This document shows, piece by piece, positions 22,171-35,765 of a stretch of DNA of 64,000 nt (its first letter is position 1; the number at the start of each line of letters is the position of its first letter). The notes below the pieces were generated by a model. That model was not told the origin of the DNA. It searched no databases and saw only the letters and a list, made by a program, of their open reading frames with translations. This DNA comes from Gnetum montanum. Taxonomy: Eukaryota > Plantae > Gnetophyta. Made by a program: the position numbers and the translations under genes. The DNA is taken from NCBI GenBank assembly GCA_015680685.1, contig MNCI01000296.1:166364-230363 (forward strand), in the 5' to 3' direction.

Positions 22171-25100
22171 TGATGACCTGCAATATCACGCCTGCGATAT
22201 CGCGTAAGTGATATCGTGGCCTTCCATGCAATATCACGTACGCGATATTGCAGCCTGCCTCATTACCTATAAATAAGAGGCGGGCACACTTGGTTTGCAT
22301 AGTTAGTGTTAGTCCCTTACCCAAACTCTTGCCTTTTCTCCCTCTCAGAGTTAGAATTATTTTTGTGTGCCCGCAGTAGGAGTCATAAAGTGAATAGATC
22401 TTTATTCAAGCATTGTGTACCTAAGCACACCTTGTGTACGACAATAAAGACAAACTTTGTGATAAACCTTGTAGCATTCAGAATAGATTAATTAATGTTA
22501 ATTACTGTTACTTAATGCTTTCCTTAGTTAATTAATGATTCTCTCTCACCCTATAACTCTCCTAAGTAGGCACACATAGTACAGTCACTTCAAGCATGCG
22601 TGTAACACTTGGTAACCCAATATTAGCGTTTGGTAAGCCCAGTAGTATTGCACCGGTTCAAGATGTGTACAACAAGCAAGAACAGATACTGGTGTTAGGA
22701 TTAGTTANATATTAGCGTTTGGTAAGCCCAGTAGTATTGCACCGGTTCAAGATGTGTACAACAAGCAAGAACAGATACTGGTGTTAGGATTAGTTAGAGC
22801 CTAGTTAATAAGTAGTCAAATTAAATTAGTTACTTAGTTATTTCTCTCTTCCCTTATTAGTAGCAAGACATAAAAACACATAAAAAATATAAAAATCATA
22901 TGCCTCAAGTTTACTTAACCATACAATCGTGACACACAAGTAAGCTTGGGAAGATAACGATTAATTAACCCATTCTTGTTTCACAAAGGTGCATAGGCAC
23001 TTAGTCCTTGGAATGCGACTGGATTGTGCATGGACGCTCGTATTCGTATGGTTGAGCGTAGGGATACCTCACCACTTATCATTCGTGCTGTAGCTAGGGA
23101 CTTTGTTGTTTGTGCACTAACCAGAACATAGGCAATCTTTCACATCGTTGGAATGAACCCTTGGGGTTGGTTAAAGAAAAATAATAAATAAAAATACATT
23201 ACACACTGAATAGACAATCATGTCTTCTTCTTCGTACGAAAGTGTTTCACAACCTAGGTCTGATATAGGGAAGAATTAGAGATGTAGTACACATGATAAT
23301 CTGCCAGTCCCCCAATAGTTTTGTGTGGTATATGTTCATCCCGATGAATATGTACCAAAATTTACCTTTATCCTCCACCAGGATGAACAACTACGTTGGC
23401 GAGATTTAGAAGGTAACATAGTGTTACCTACTGATCACTTTGTCCTGGGCATGCTTCTTCATGATCTCACATGAATTGGTATGTAATACTTACAAGCAGA
23501 GTACGTTGTGCATGATCATGACTTGAGAGAGTATCAACCCATGGATGCACAGCGTCCAAGGGACTTACAACAGGAGAGACGTCATGAATCCATGAAGGGA
23601 AAGTTGTTGCAGAACATCCCATATGTCTTAAGCGAAAATGAGGGTAGTGAACCTACCTCAGGCAGTTGCCCACACAATGATGTTCCTCCCGTTGAGTTCG
23701 TTCAAGTGGTTGTGTGTCAGAATCTTTACTCAACTATCCATAACCCAGATTCTAGTACTGACAAACACAAAGGGTCTAAAAAAGAAACACGAACACATGA
23801 CAAAGATGGACATTCCGATTGTAACCGTGATCGAGGTCATGACCACTGAAGAGAAGGAAGTAGGCATCGACATGGTAACGATCCTCCTTCTTCTTCATCT
23901 TCATCATCTCCTTCACCCTCTCCTTCAAGATCTGGATGTAGTCACAAAGAAAAATACCATGAGGATAAGGGTAAGCGGAACGGGAGTCATAGACAAAATA
24001 GTCGAGAAAGGGGACGAGGGTACTCTAGAGAAACACACTGTGAAAGAAGGGAGAGTAGGGAACAACATAGGCATCATAGAAGCCACAGACGAGATGATCA
24101 CAATGAACCTCTACTGGCTACTCAAAGTATGCTAGACATAATTGAGGTTGTTAGAATCCCAACAAGACACCAAAAAGATAGTAGGATCAAGAGATTAGAC
24201 ATGAACAACATCCCACAATTTGAAGGGGGGTGCAATGTTGATCCTCAAAATCATCTACAAGAATTTCATCATGCATGTGCCTTACAAAACATAGAAAATG
24301 AATGGAAAAAATTAAAGTTGTTCCCATGGACACTAGTCAAAGATGCAGAGAGCTAGAATCGATCCTTAGAACTGGAATCCATTCATAGGTGGAGTGCCAT
24401 GTTAGAATTTTTCAATGATAAGTACCAAATGTACTCCCGAGTGTTCAACCTACGAAAGAAAATCCAAGGATGGAAACAAGGAGGCCATGAACCCTTGGAT
24501 GCTACCATGGGCTGCTATTATGCACTATTACATCGTTGTCCTGGCCATGATTATTCACAATGGGATCAAATACACCATGTCGTAGATGGGCTTAGGCATG
24601 AAACATGAAGAACCCTTGGGACTTATGCCCAAGGAAGACTATCCGAGCTTAGGACCCATCAAGTTCAAAGATTATTGGAGCACGTTGTTAAAGAAGAAGG
24701 TGAACTAAGGAAAAGAGAGAGTGTGGAGGAATATAACAAAGATTCTTTCCTTCGAAAGAGGGGAGTAAGATTTTGTGAGGATGAAGAAGAGTCACCACTC
24801 GAAGAGATGGTGAATAAGAAGACTTTGCCTATCAAAAAATTAGCATTGGAAGTATCAGCAAAGGTAGATCAAATGTGGGATTCCCTAGATGATAGATTTC
24901 AAACCGTTCTTAAAATAGTATAGGAGTCTAGAGAGTAAGGTAGTAATTGTGAAAAAAGAAAAAAGAGAGAAACTGAACATGCATGTAACAAGGGTAAGGG
25001 CAAAGTTGCCATTATCAAGGAAGTTGTGGATTCGGATACAGACAATGATAGTGGATGCGAGATATGCCAATATGACCATCCTAAGAGATGTTGCCGTATA

Positions 25101-28100
25101 ATCTCACATCTGTAGGAGTCTGGGGTGTATGCACTCAACCCATGATTAAATAAAAGGTAGACACCCTGAAGGTTACCTTATTCTCAAGGTAACTCAAGAC
25201 AGTTCCACCAATCCTTAACGTATTATCCAAGTGGAACTCCACCACAATCGATCAAGCAGTATCAACAATGGTAGTACCCATAATCATGGGGAATGCCACC
25301 ACCAAGGCAACAGTATCCTTACCAACAACCTAACCCATATGGATATTACGTGCAGCAGCCAATCTCTCCACGTGACTCTACTAGTCACATTATTCCTCAA
25401 CCTCACTACTAAGCTCATGAGTATTATAGGACTCCTTCTTCTAGGGGCGATGTTCCAAAAATATACCATCCTTCTCATCTGGCTGCACCTCTTCCACCCT
25501 TAACTCCATTACCACCTACTCCAGCTATGTAGGGTGAACTCCCTACCCAACTGCAGCAACGTAACACTACAAGGGCTATTAACCCTTAACCTACTATTAG
25601 TTCTGACAACCGCATGAAGAAAAGACCTTTTTTTAGAACCAACAATTCAATTAAGCCCTTGCAACCACAAGCGACAGATTCTTCAACTACCTCACTATCA
25701 CTTAAAATTTCGGAGCTCCCTTCAACCCAAAAACCATGCTCAACACATACGATCATGTTAACTCATGTTGTCACCGACTGAATAAAAGCTGGCCATCTTC
25801 CTAGGAAATTCTTTAATCTTGGGAGTCCTCTAATATATCTACAAATCGCTGGAAATGAGCCATGCAAAGCTCTTTTGGATTCAGGTTTTGGTGTCAACTT
25901 GATTTCTCAAGAAATGTACAAGGCCTGGAACCTGCCTCCACTAAAAAAGAGTAACATTCATTTAGACTTGGGCAGCCAGTCCATCATTGTCTTGTTGGGA
26001 CTAGTGGAGGACATTGTCACCACTATTTGTGGGTGGTCATATCTAGCTGACTTCCTAGTGATTCAAGTAAACAACGGTAAGGGGAACTTCCCAATCATAA
26101 TGGGAAGAGCATGGCTAAGCACAATTGACACACGCCTGGGAATCCACGATATTTCCCTAAAAATATCAAAGGAAAATACCTTCAAAAAGATCAAGAAGAA
26201 GAAAGTTCCATGCATCACATATAGTGACTCAGGGTGTAATTGCGTGCAGAATTCATGGTTTGTGTAACGTTTAACATTACATGCATGTAATCAATGTGCA
26301 CAAGTGACTAATATACAAAGATGCCTATATGCAGTAGCCACAAGATATGAAGGCATCTAGTGGCTGACAATTGATCAAGAGAGCAACTCAACTATATGCA
26401 TGGAACCAACTGAGGTTTTGAATTGCACTTACATCGATAGCATAGACACATTAGAGCAAGTCCATTGCCAAATTCCAAGTCTTAACCTTGGGAATATCAA
26501 CTGGGGGAAGTTGAAAATCCTTGATAAGTTTAAGCAAGAGCCCCTTGAGATAAAACCATTGCCCATCAGTATGGAATACACATTTCTTAAAAATGGAAAA
26601 TCGGTAATTATTAACACTAAGTTGGCTCCACAATAAAAAGAGAGATTGCTGAAAGTGATAAATAAATGGTTGAAAACCTTTGCTTGGTCATATCTCGAAT
26701 TAACTGGAATAGATCCTAGGATATCCCAACATAGGATTTACACCGACCCCTCCATGAAGCCTCGAAGACAACCGCAGGGGCGATTGAACCCAAAGCTGAA
26801 GCAAGTGGTTAAGGAAGAAATTGAACATCTTTTAAAAGTTAGGTTCATCTACCCCATTGCTGATAGAAAATGGGTTAGCCCCTTAGTTATAGTGTCCAAA
26901 AAGGGAGGCAAATGGAGGGTGTGTATATATTTTAGGCTACTAAACATGGCAACATTCAAGGACCACTTTTCGCTGCCATTCGTTAACCAAGTCTTAGACA
27001 CCATCGTAGGGCATTGCTATTATAGTTTTCTAGATGGGTACAGTGGGTACAACCAAATACAAATAGCCCCAGAAGACCAAGCCAAGACTATATTCACTAG
27101 TCCTTAGGGAACATTTGCATCAAAAAAATGTCGTTTGGCTTGTGCAATGGCCTTGCAAAGTTTCAATGATTAGTTCTAAGCATATTCCAATAGCAGATAG
27201 GAAATAGTATGGAGGTCTTCATGGATGCCTTCTCCACCTATGGAGAAAAGTTTGATCAAGCCTTGGATCGGTTAGAGCAAGTATTAAAACGATGTGTAGA
27301 AACCAATTTAAGGCTCAACTGGCAAAAAATCCATTTAATGGTCTAAGAAGACATAGTATTAGGACATAAGATCTCACAAACAGGGATAGAGGTAGACCCC
27401 AAAAAGATCAAAGTTATCCAAGGAATTACCCGTCAACCAGAAACTATAAAAGATATCTGGTCATTCCTTTGACATTGGCTACTATAGAAGGTTTATTGAG
27501 AACTTTTCAAAGGTTGCAAAACCATTGGTTGAACTAATGAAAAAGGATGTACCTTTCGAATGGACTAGGGAATGCAAACTAGCCTTCTAAACTTTAAAAT
27601 AGAGGCTTGTAGAAACACCCATTCTACAAGCTCCTAATTGGTCCAGACCATTCCACATAATGACTGATGCATCCAACTATGCTTTAGGAGTCATACTTAC
27701 ATAGTTAGATGATCAAAAACATCCTTATTACATCCACTGTGCAAGTAGAAATATCACTAGTGCACAACTTAACTACACTACAACAGAGAAAGAATTAATG
27801 GCTGTAGTGTTTACACTAGAAAAATTTAGGCACTATGTCTTGGGCTATAAGGTATTTGTACACATGGATCATAGTGTAATAAGATTCCTAATGAATAAAC
27901 CAATGGAAAGCCCTTGCATCATACTATGGCTTGTAATCTTACAAGAGTTCAATCTTACGATGATCAATCGTAAAGGCACCAAGAACGTAGTTGTTGATGA
28001 TTTATCTCGATTGCGATGGGACAACAAAGAGGATGAGTATCCAATTTCTGATTATTTCCCAAATGAACTCCTCTTTGTAGGTGTAGTGAATAATCAATTA

Positions 28101-31100
28101 ACCATGGAGACAAATTGGTATAGTAGCATTTTCACCTATCTCCTTACACAACAAACACCACAAGGGTTTGATGCTAAAAAGAAACAACAGTTTCTTCACC
28201 AAGCCAAGTAGTTTATGAAAATTAATGGAAAACTTTACAAAGTATGTCCTGATTTCTTAGTCCAAGCGTGTGTTCCTGATGTAGATCAACTGTGAGTTCT
28301 CCAAGATGCTGATGAGGGTCCTTATGGGGGTCATTACGCCAGGAGACGAACGACCATTAAGATCTTGCTTGTAGGATATTATTGGCCTACATTGTTTTGG
28401 GACATCCATCATTTCATCCAATCTTGTGAGTGCTACCAACGTGATGGGGGGATGATTGCTAGAATGGAGGGTCTACAAAAATGGATTCAACCTTTAGAAC
28501 CCTTCAACATATGGGGAATTAATTTTATGGGGCCCATTACACCAATTTCCAATGGAAAAGCTTACATTATTATTGTCGTTGATTACCTTACAAAATGGGT
28601 AGAAGCAGCTGCTGTTAAGGATTGTACATCATCTATAGCTGCACGATTTTTTCAACAGCAAATCGTAAATAGGTTTGGTGTGCCTTGTGCACTTATTTCA
28701 AATAATGGTATACACTTCACAGGTGCGACTTTTCAAAAATTAATGCAACGCTTAGGGGTTGAGCACAAACTAACTACACCATATCACCCCCAAGCGAATG
28801 GTCAAGCTGAAGTCACCAACAGAGAGATTGCAAAGATATTGACAAGAACCATTAGCAAGTTTAGGCGATACTAGAGCACTAAACTATACGATGCTCTTTG
28901 GACATACTGCTCCACATGGAAACTCCCTATAGGCTACTCTCCCTATGAGTTAGTGTACTGTAAATTACCAACGCTTTCCATTCAAACTGAGCTCTGTACA
29001 TTATCCATGGCATGTGACCTCAACCTTGACCTCGATCTAGCACAAAAAAAAATGGTTGATGACCCTTAACCTGCTAGATGAGAATCGATTGGCCGCCCTG
29101 TCATCTAATGAATTACACAAGGCCTTCAATAAACAACGTCATGACCTAAGAATTAGGAAAGTTAAATATCAACCAGGAGATAAGGTTCTCTACTGGAATC
29201 CCACACATGTGCCACAACGTACCAAATTTCAAACGCTGTGGGAAGGACCTTATGTCATTCATGCAACTTTTCCTTCAGGGGCCATGATGATATACAAACT
29301 TGAGAGCCCGAATAAGAAACTATTGGTCAATGTCCAACAAACCAAACCTTTCCATGAGCTTAGATTAGTCAGTACTCATACTACCTCTGTTGGTGGACAA
29401 CCTTGCTCGCTATTTCAGATCTCCTCCTTCCAACTCAGTCGTGGGGGAGATGGCCACCAATGCTAACCATTCTAAGCCCTCAGCTCTTTTTATATTTTTG
29501 TTTTACATATTTCTTCAATCTTTCTTATTTTTTTTACACCATCGTTCAAATTTTTACTATTTCTTTATTTGGTTGATTTACTTTCATTTTTCATACAATA
29601 AGTGCTCCTGATGGTGGATTGAATTATATACTATTGATTGTTGATGTTTGGTTTTTACCTCTAAATTAGGATGATGATATTATGATATGGTTCTTTTGAT
29701 AAAATAGGCAATGAGTCCACGTTGTTCATTCATCCATTCAACTCTGTGCTCTCCCTTGGCTTGGAACTGTACAGTTCCTTTTTTCTAATCAACTTCTTAA
29801 TAAATTGGTGGCTTGGTATTTTTTAAACTAAAGGAAGGACTCAATGGTTGAAAAGGGTGTGACTTCAAGGGGATTCAATGCATTTGTGCTAGCCATTATC
29901 TTGGGTGCTTGGATGCTTTTTCTTGGGTTTTTCGTCATTCTGCCATCAATCAAATATCAGGAAGTTGAGTGAATAAAAATAAGTCTTTGCATGGTGTGGT
30001 TCTCACATAAAAAAAAGTGGGAATTCAAAGCACTCCCCTTAGACATAATAAAGCAATATGGGCTACAAGCGCTGGTTATGACACTGGAAAGACATGTTAC
30101 CCATGCCTAAAGGTTCCCTCTAACTAAGGCCCTTTCTCACTTCCTGCTTGTCCATCTTGCTCTCCTTGGGATGGTGGTGACTCTTTGTGGAGGCATTCTT
30201 GTTACTTTAAGAGGATGGATTGGCCAAGTGTATTGATGCGAGGTCACTGAGTGTGGTTGGTTTGAGTCTAAATTTGGAATGAGTTCTACTTAGTCACATT
30301 AACCATGACATACACAAGGGACTTTACACAACTTTGCTCTTGGGATTGCATTCCATTTCTACTCTCCATCTTTCTTTCCATTTTCCACATCATTGCCAGG
30401 TTTTATGATTAGTCCACATTTGGGTTGATGCATTGTTTTTCCTTGGTAAATTCTTGTGGGTAAGTTTTTAACTCTTGCTTCCAAATGACATTCCTAGAGC
30501 CTACAGACTCTTTCTTTTGTGGGTTTGTCAGGGCACAAAGGGCATGAGCCTACTTTGGGGAGGACCCATTAGCATTCTTTTTTGGTGAAATTGTTAAGTT
30601 CTTTTCCCTAAAAATTCTCTGTAGTTAACCATTTTTCATTTCATCCCCATCTTTGACATCCACTTTATTGGTGTTTCCATTGTTATTTTTTCCATATTTC
30701 TTGTTCCTTATATTTTTCCATCTTATTGCTACCGAAGGATCGCTCTTAGTTGTGGGGGCCTTGGCACAAATTTTTCAATTTCTCCATTCTACTACTTACC
30801 TAACTCCTACACCTTGGGTAGTTATCAGTAATAAACCTCTAACCTAGTTTTTGCCATAAACACAACCAAGCCAATTCACTTTATATTGAGGCAAGGTATC
30901 AATTGCATTGTGGCTTACTTATCCTTGCTCATTTGTGACTATGTTGTGTGTGCAGATGGTGATTACATGAACTATGGACTAGAATAGGAGGAAGCACTTA
31001 GGATTGAATGGAGCTGGAACATTTTTTCTAGGAACAAGTCTGGTCGCGTGGCTATGGATAAATAACGGGGGGTGCAATCTCGACATTAGCAGCAACATGC

Positions 31101-32156
31101 CTCATTTTCTTTTGTTCCTCTTTCTCTTCAAGTTGTCAAGTGAAGGTCTGGATGTCATCCATGTATAGTGTTCACCACAAAGGGTGGGAACACCAATGTT
31201 GTAATATGTTTATTGATTCATTCACTAGGCACTTTGAATCTATTATTCCCTGTCACTGTTAATTCTCATTCAGTTAATAATCCCATACTTTCCCAATATT
31301 TTGTAAGGAACTCAAGGACAAGTTTTCATTTAGTCGTGGGGGTATGATGAGTTGTGATATCATGTACGCGATATCGTGGCCTTCCATGCGATATCACATA
31401 TGCAATATTGCAGCCTGCCTCATTGCCTATAAATAAGAGGTAGGCACACTTGGTTTGCATAGTTAGTCTTAGTCCCTTACCCAAACTCTTGCCTTTTCTC
31501 CCTCTCAAAGTTAGAATTACTTCTGCGTGCCCACAGTAGGAGTCATAAAGTGAATGGATCTTTATTCGAGCATTGTGTACCTAAGCACACCTTGTGTATA
31601 GCAATAATGATGAACTTTGTGATAAACCTTGCAACATTCAGAATATATTAATTAATGTTAATTACTGTTACTTAATGCTTTCCTTAGTTAATTAATGATT
31701 CTCTCTCACCCTACAACTCTCCTAAGTAGGCACACACAGTACGGTCACTTTGAGCATGCATGTAACACTTGGTAACCCAGTAATAATTAGCGTTTGGTAA
31801 GCCCAGTAGTATTGCACTGGTTCAGGATGTGTACGGCAAGAAAGAATAGATACTAGTGTTAGGATCAGTTAGAGCCTAGTTAATAAGTAGTCAAATTAAA
31901 TTAATTACTTAGTTATCTCTCTCTTCCCTTATTAGTAGTAGGACATAAAAACACATAAAAAGTATAAAAATCATATGTCTTAAGTTTACTTAACCATATA
32001 ATTGTGACATACAAGTAAGCTTGGGAAGACAATGATTAATCAACCTATTCTTGTTCCACAAAGGGACATAGGCACTTAGTCCTTGGAATTCAACTGAATC
32101 GTGTGTGGATGCTCATATTCGAATGGTTGAGCGTAGGGATACCTCACCACTCATCA
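22171..32156 (+). mobile_element. Full-length degenerate Ty3/Gypsy retrotransposon, Athila-type (Athila-1)
   Basis: LTRs TGATGA..ATCA 22171-23081 and 31345-32156; TSD CTAGA/CTAAA; degenerate tRNA-Asp-type PBS (intact TGGCGCCGTTGC in the sister copy); gag (DPQNHLQEF..LKLFPWTL), protease (LLDSG), RT (WRVC..FLDGYSGYNQI), RNase H, integrase (WGINFMGP..YHPQANGQAE, WEGPY); about 1.9 kb 3' non-coding region; PPT GTGGGGGTA. Confidence 0.93.
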
Positions 32157-32449
32157 CTAAAGTTAAAATTTTTTGGCTCAACATCAACACTAGTGTTAGA
32201 ATTTTTTAAGCTTAGCATTAGCACCAGAGTTACAATTTTTTTCAACTCAACATTAACACCAAAGTTGGAATTCTTTTTCAACTCGATGTCAACATGAAAG
32301 TTATAATTTTTAGCTTAACATCAATGCCAATACTAGAGTTAGACTTTTTTGGCTTAGTTTAAAGGTAAAACTAGCTAAAATTAAATTCCAGATGAACCTC
32401 ACTAAAATTTAAAGTCATATTTGGCAATCCTGAATGAAATTTACATTAC

Positions 32450-32647
32450 CCTGCATTCCTATAGTAGTCTTTAGCTCTTTTTTCCTAATCTTAGAGGCCT
32501 CAAAGGGAGAAGGCATGACCATGATTTTCTGCAAACAAATTTGATACAATTTCTTAATAAAATTAAACTTGAACTAGTGTGTGTATCCAAAATCAAACAA
32601 GAGAAGGAAACTCAAAAATTAGGTCATGCTTAGTTACTTACCTTCAT
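32450..32647 (-). pseudogene. Truncated type A copy (A4): exons 1-2 only, with promoter remnant to about 32990
   Basis: ATG AAG|GT at 32647-32640; exon 2 32528-32450 KIMVMPSPFEASKIRKKELKTTIGMQG; similarity ends in intron 2; heavy C>T/G>A decay. Confidence 0.85.
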
Positions 32648-33329
32648 GTTTTCAAAATTGAAGTCAAATCAAGAGCATGAACAAAGTTTTGTCAATGAAG
32701 GAAGAGAAACCCAATAATTGAGAGCAATTTAGGTTCTTCTTCTTCCTTGCATCTACTTCTCTTTCTCTTTCTTAGTGAAAAATTGATGGCTAGGGCTAGA
32801 GTCTAAATAGAAATCGCTACCAAGTCGGTAAGTGTCCACAAAATAGCTACTGGCTTGACCTATTTGAATGAATAAAGCTTTGTGAAAATCTTTGACTATT
32901 GTTAAAGCCAAGATGGAGCCTCCTCTTCATGTGAAAAAAAGCAAATAGATGAAGAGTTTGTAAATGTAATAAAATTCCTAGTTGAATGGCCTAGCCACCT
33001 AAGAACATGGTTATGGTTTTTCTCTTTAGGTAGTTAAAAATCCTATGATGTAGTTAGTGTGCCCATGTACATGTAATGAGTCATAATGTCAAATGGATGT
33101 AAAATGATGTGTTTCATGTTGATGTCCACGTATACTCATGCTATCAACCATGCAAACTACGCCTTGCATCTAATCGTACCTACTTATGTTTAGAAAAACC
33201 TACAACCCATAATGAGCCACATGTTGACCATGATGATAGTGCGAGATCATGCTAATTACAACAAGATGCAGTATGCACAAACCTAGCTATTGGAAGGTGA
33301 TGTTCAGTTTGGTTGACGAAATCTATCTC

Positions 33330-35160
33330 GAAATCTACCTTCTGATATGGATTGTGGAACAATGCTAATAGTAGTGGTCTATACTCTATGGAAAGCTAGC
33401 TTGTGAAAGGGTATGTGCCTTTTGGTGGTTACAAATTCTAATCATTTACTGACTTCCAAAAGCTCTGAATGCCTTTTGGTGTGGATTGTAGAACAATGGC
33501 AATCACAATGGGTCACAATCCATGTAAAGATTTCTATTGGTAGGAATTAGTGGCCACAAATTCCAACCATTTTTTTACCTTCTAGAAGGTTAGAAGGTCT
33601 AAATGCCTTATGGTGTGGACTGTGGAGAAGTGCTAATCGCAATGGCTCGCAGTCCATGTGAAGATGATTTTTAGAAGGGTATGTGCCTTTTGGTGATTAC
33701 AAATTCCAAGCATTCTTTTACCTTCCAGAAGGTCTAAACACCTTCTGATGTGGACTGTAAGATAATGCTAATTGCAATGGGTTGCAGTCCATGTGAAGTT
33801 GGCTTTCGATAGGGATTGGTCGCCACAAATCCCAACTATTGTTTTCCTTCTAGATGATCTAAATGCCCTCTTGTGTGGACTTTGGGGTATTGTTGATAGC
33901 AATGGCCCACAATCCACATGAATATGGCTTCTAGAAGGGCATGTGCCTTTCAGTGGTTGCAAATTCCAATCATTTTTTACTTCTAGAAGGTTTGAACACC
34001 TTCCAATGTGGATTGCGGGATAGTATCGATCACAATGGGTTGTAGTTCATGTAAAGTAGGCTTCCTATAGGGACTAATGGTCACAAATTCCAACTATCAT
34101 TTTACCTTTTGGAAGGTCTAAATGACTTCTAGTGTAAACTTCAAGATAGTGTTAATTAGAGTGTCCCATAATCCACGTGAAGTTAGCTTCTAGAACAGTA
34201 TGTGCCTTTTGGTGACCACAAATTTCAATCAATTTTTACCTTCTAGAAGGTCTAAAAACCTTCTAGTGTTGACTGTGGGACATTGCTGATCATAGTGGGT
34301 TACAATCCATTTAAAGCTAGCTTCTGGTAGGGATTGATGACTACAAATTCCAACCATTTTTACCTTTTGAAAGGTCTAAATACCTTTCGATGTGGACTAT
34401 GAGATAGTGCTAATCGTAGTGGCACACAATCCCCATGGAGCTAGCTTTTGGAAGGATATGTGCCTTCTAGTGATCACAAATTCAAATCATTTTTTGCCTT
34501 TTGGTGTGAACTACAGGACAATGCTGATCGTAGTGGCTCATAGTCCACATGAAGCTAGCTTCTGAAACAATATGTGTCTTTTGGTGGTCACAAATTCTAA
34601 TCATTTTTTCTTTTTGGAAGGTCTAAATGCCTTTTTGTATGGACTATTGATTAGTGTGAATTGTAGTGGCTCGTAGTCCACATGAAGTTGGCTTTTAGAA
34701 GGGTATGTACCTTCTGGTGGTCTCAAATTTGAACCATTTTTTATCTTTTAAAAGGCTTGAATGCCTTCCATTGTGGACTGTGGGACATTGTTGATTACAG
34801 TGAATCATAGTCCCTGTAAAGCTGGCTTTCAATAGGAAATGGTGGCTGCAAATTCCAATCATTTTTTTTCTTTCAGAAGATTTAAATGCATTATGGTGTG
34901 GATTGTAGGATAATGCTAATCGTAGTGGCCCGCAGTCCATGTAAAGCTACATTACAAAGGTATGTGCCTTTCAATGAATGCAAATTTGAACCATTTTTTA
35001 CCTTCTAGAAGGTTTGAATGCCTTCTAGTATGGACTATGGGATAGTATTGATTGCAATGGGTCGTAATCCACATAAAGCTAGCTTTTGGAACGTTTAAAT
35101 GCCTTCCAGTGTGGGCTACAATCTACTAAAAACTTACTTCTTGAACAGTATGTGCCTTCA
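33330..35160. repeat. Tandem array of about 14 units of 125-135 bp, two alternating subtypes, each with internal palindromes
   Basis: CAAAT anchor recurs at about 33431, 33556, 33699, 33825, 33959, 34083, 34218, 34343, 34475, 34589, 34723, 34849, 34981. Units carry CCTTCTAGAAGG and GTGGACTGTGG..CCACAATCCAC. Confidence 0.9.
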
Positions 35161-35765
35161 AGTACCTGAATCAACGAATAAATGATGGCTTACAGAAGTT
35201 ATTTTTTCTTCTAGTGTTGACTGTGAGTAATTATAATGCATGATGTCGTGTAGTCCATCAAATTCTGTTCAAAGTGGGTGTAGGTGGCAATTTTATATGC
35301 AAATTATTGTATTGTTTTGAATAGAAATTTTTAATGCATAATGTCTAATGCTACTACATGTAGCTTATGGGGTAAATTGTGAGTTGCAGGTTTATATGTA
35401 GCTCATAGTGTTAATAAAAGGCTATGCAAGTCACATATGCTTGCATCGCATGGTAAAATGTTAAAAAATAAAAACCACCACAAACACTTTACCCCATATT
35501 TTTACCATTTCTAGAGTAGCAAGGTTGCAAGCATTGCAAAGGAGCAAAGAGAATCAAAAGAATGTAAAAGCTTTGAAGACCCAACACTGCAGAATGGATT
35601 GGACGCTTTCTAAGACTTCTAGAATAAGGTTTGCAAATACAATACATTGTTTGCTCCCATTGTAGACATATTACCTTTGCATAAGTTTTGAAAATGCTAT
35701 CTCAATTATTTATATGCTAGATAATTTGGTTATTCATGTAATTAAGTCTGTAAAATCTTTCAAGT

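Noticed and set aside
22620-22796. 88-bp perfect tandem duplication in the Athila-1 5' LTR
   Set aside because: Centred on a single N at 22708 and absent from the 3' LTR; most likely a contig-overlap artefact.
33330-35160. CRISPR-like reading of the palindromic array
   Set aside because: Whole units are homologous with no unique spacers, there are no cas genes, and the context is eukaryotic.
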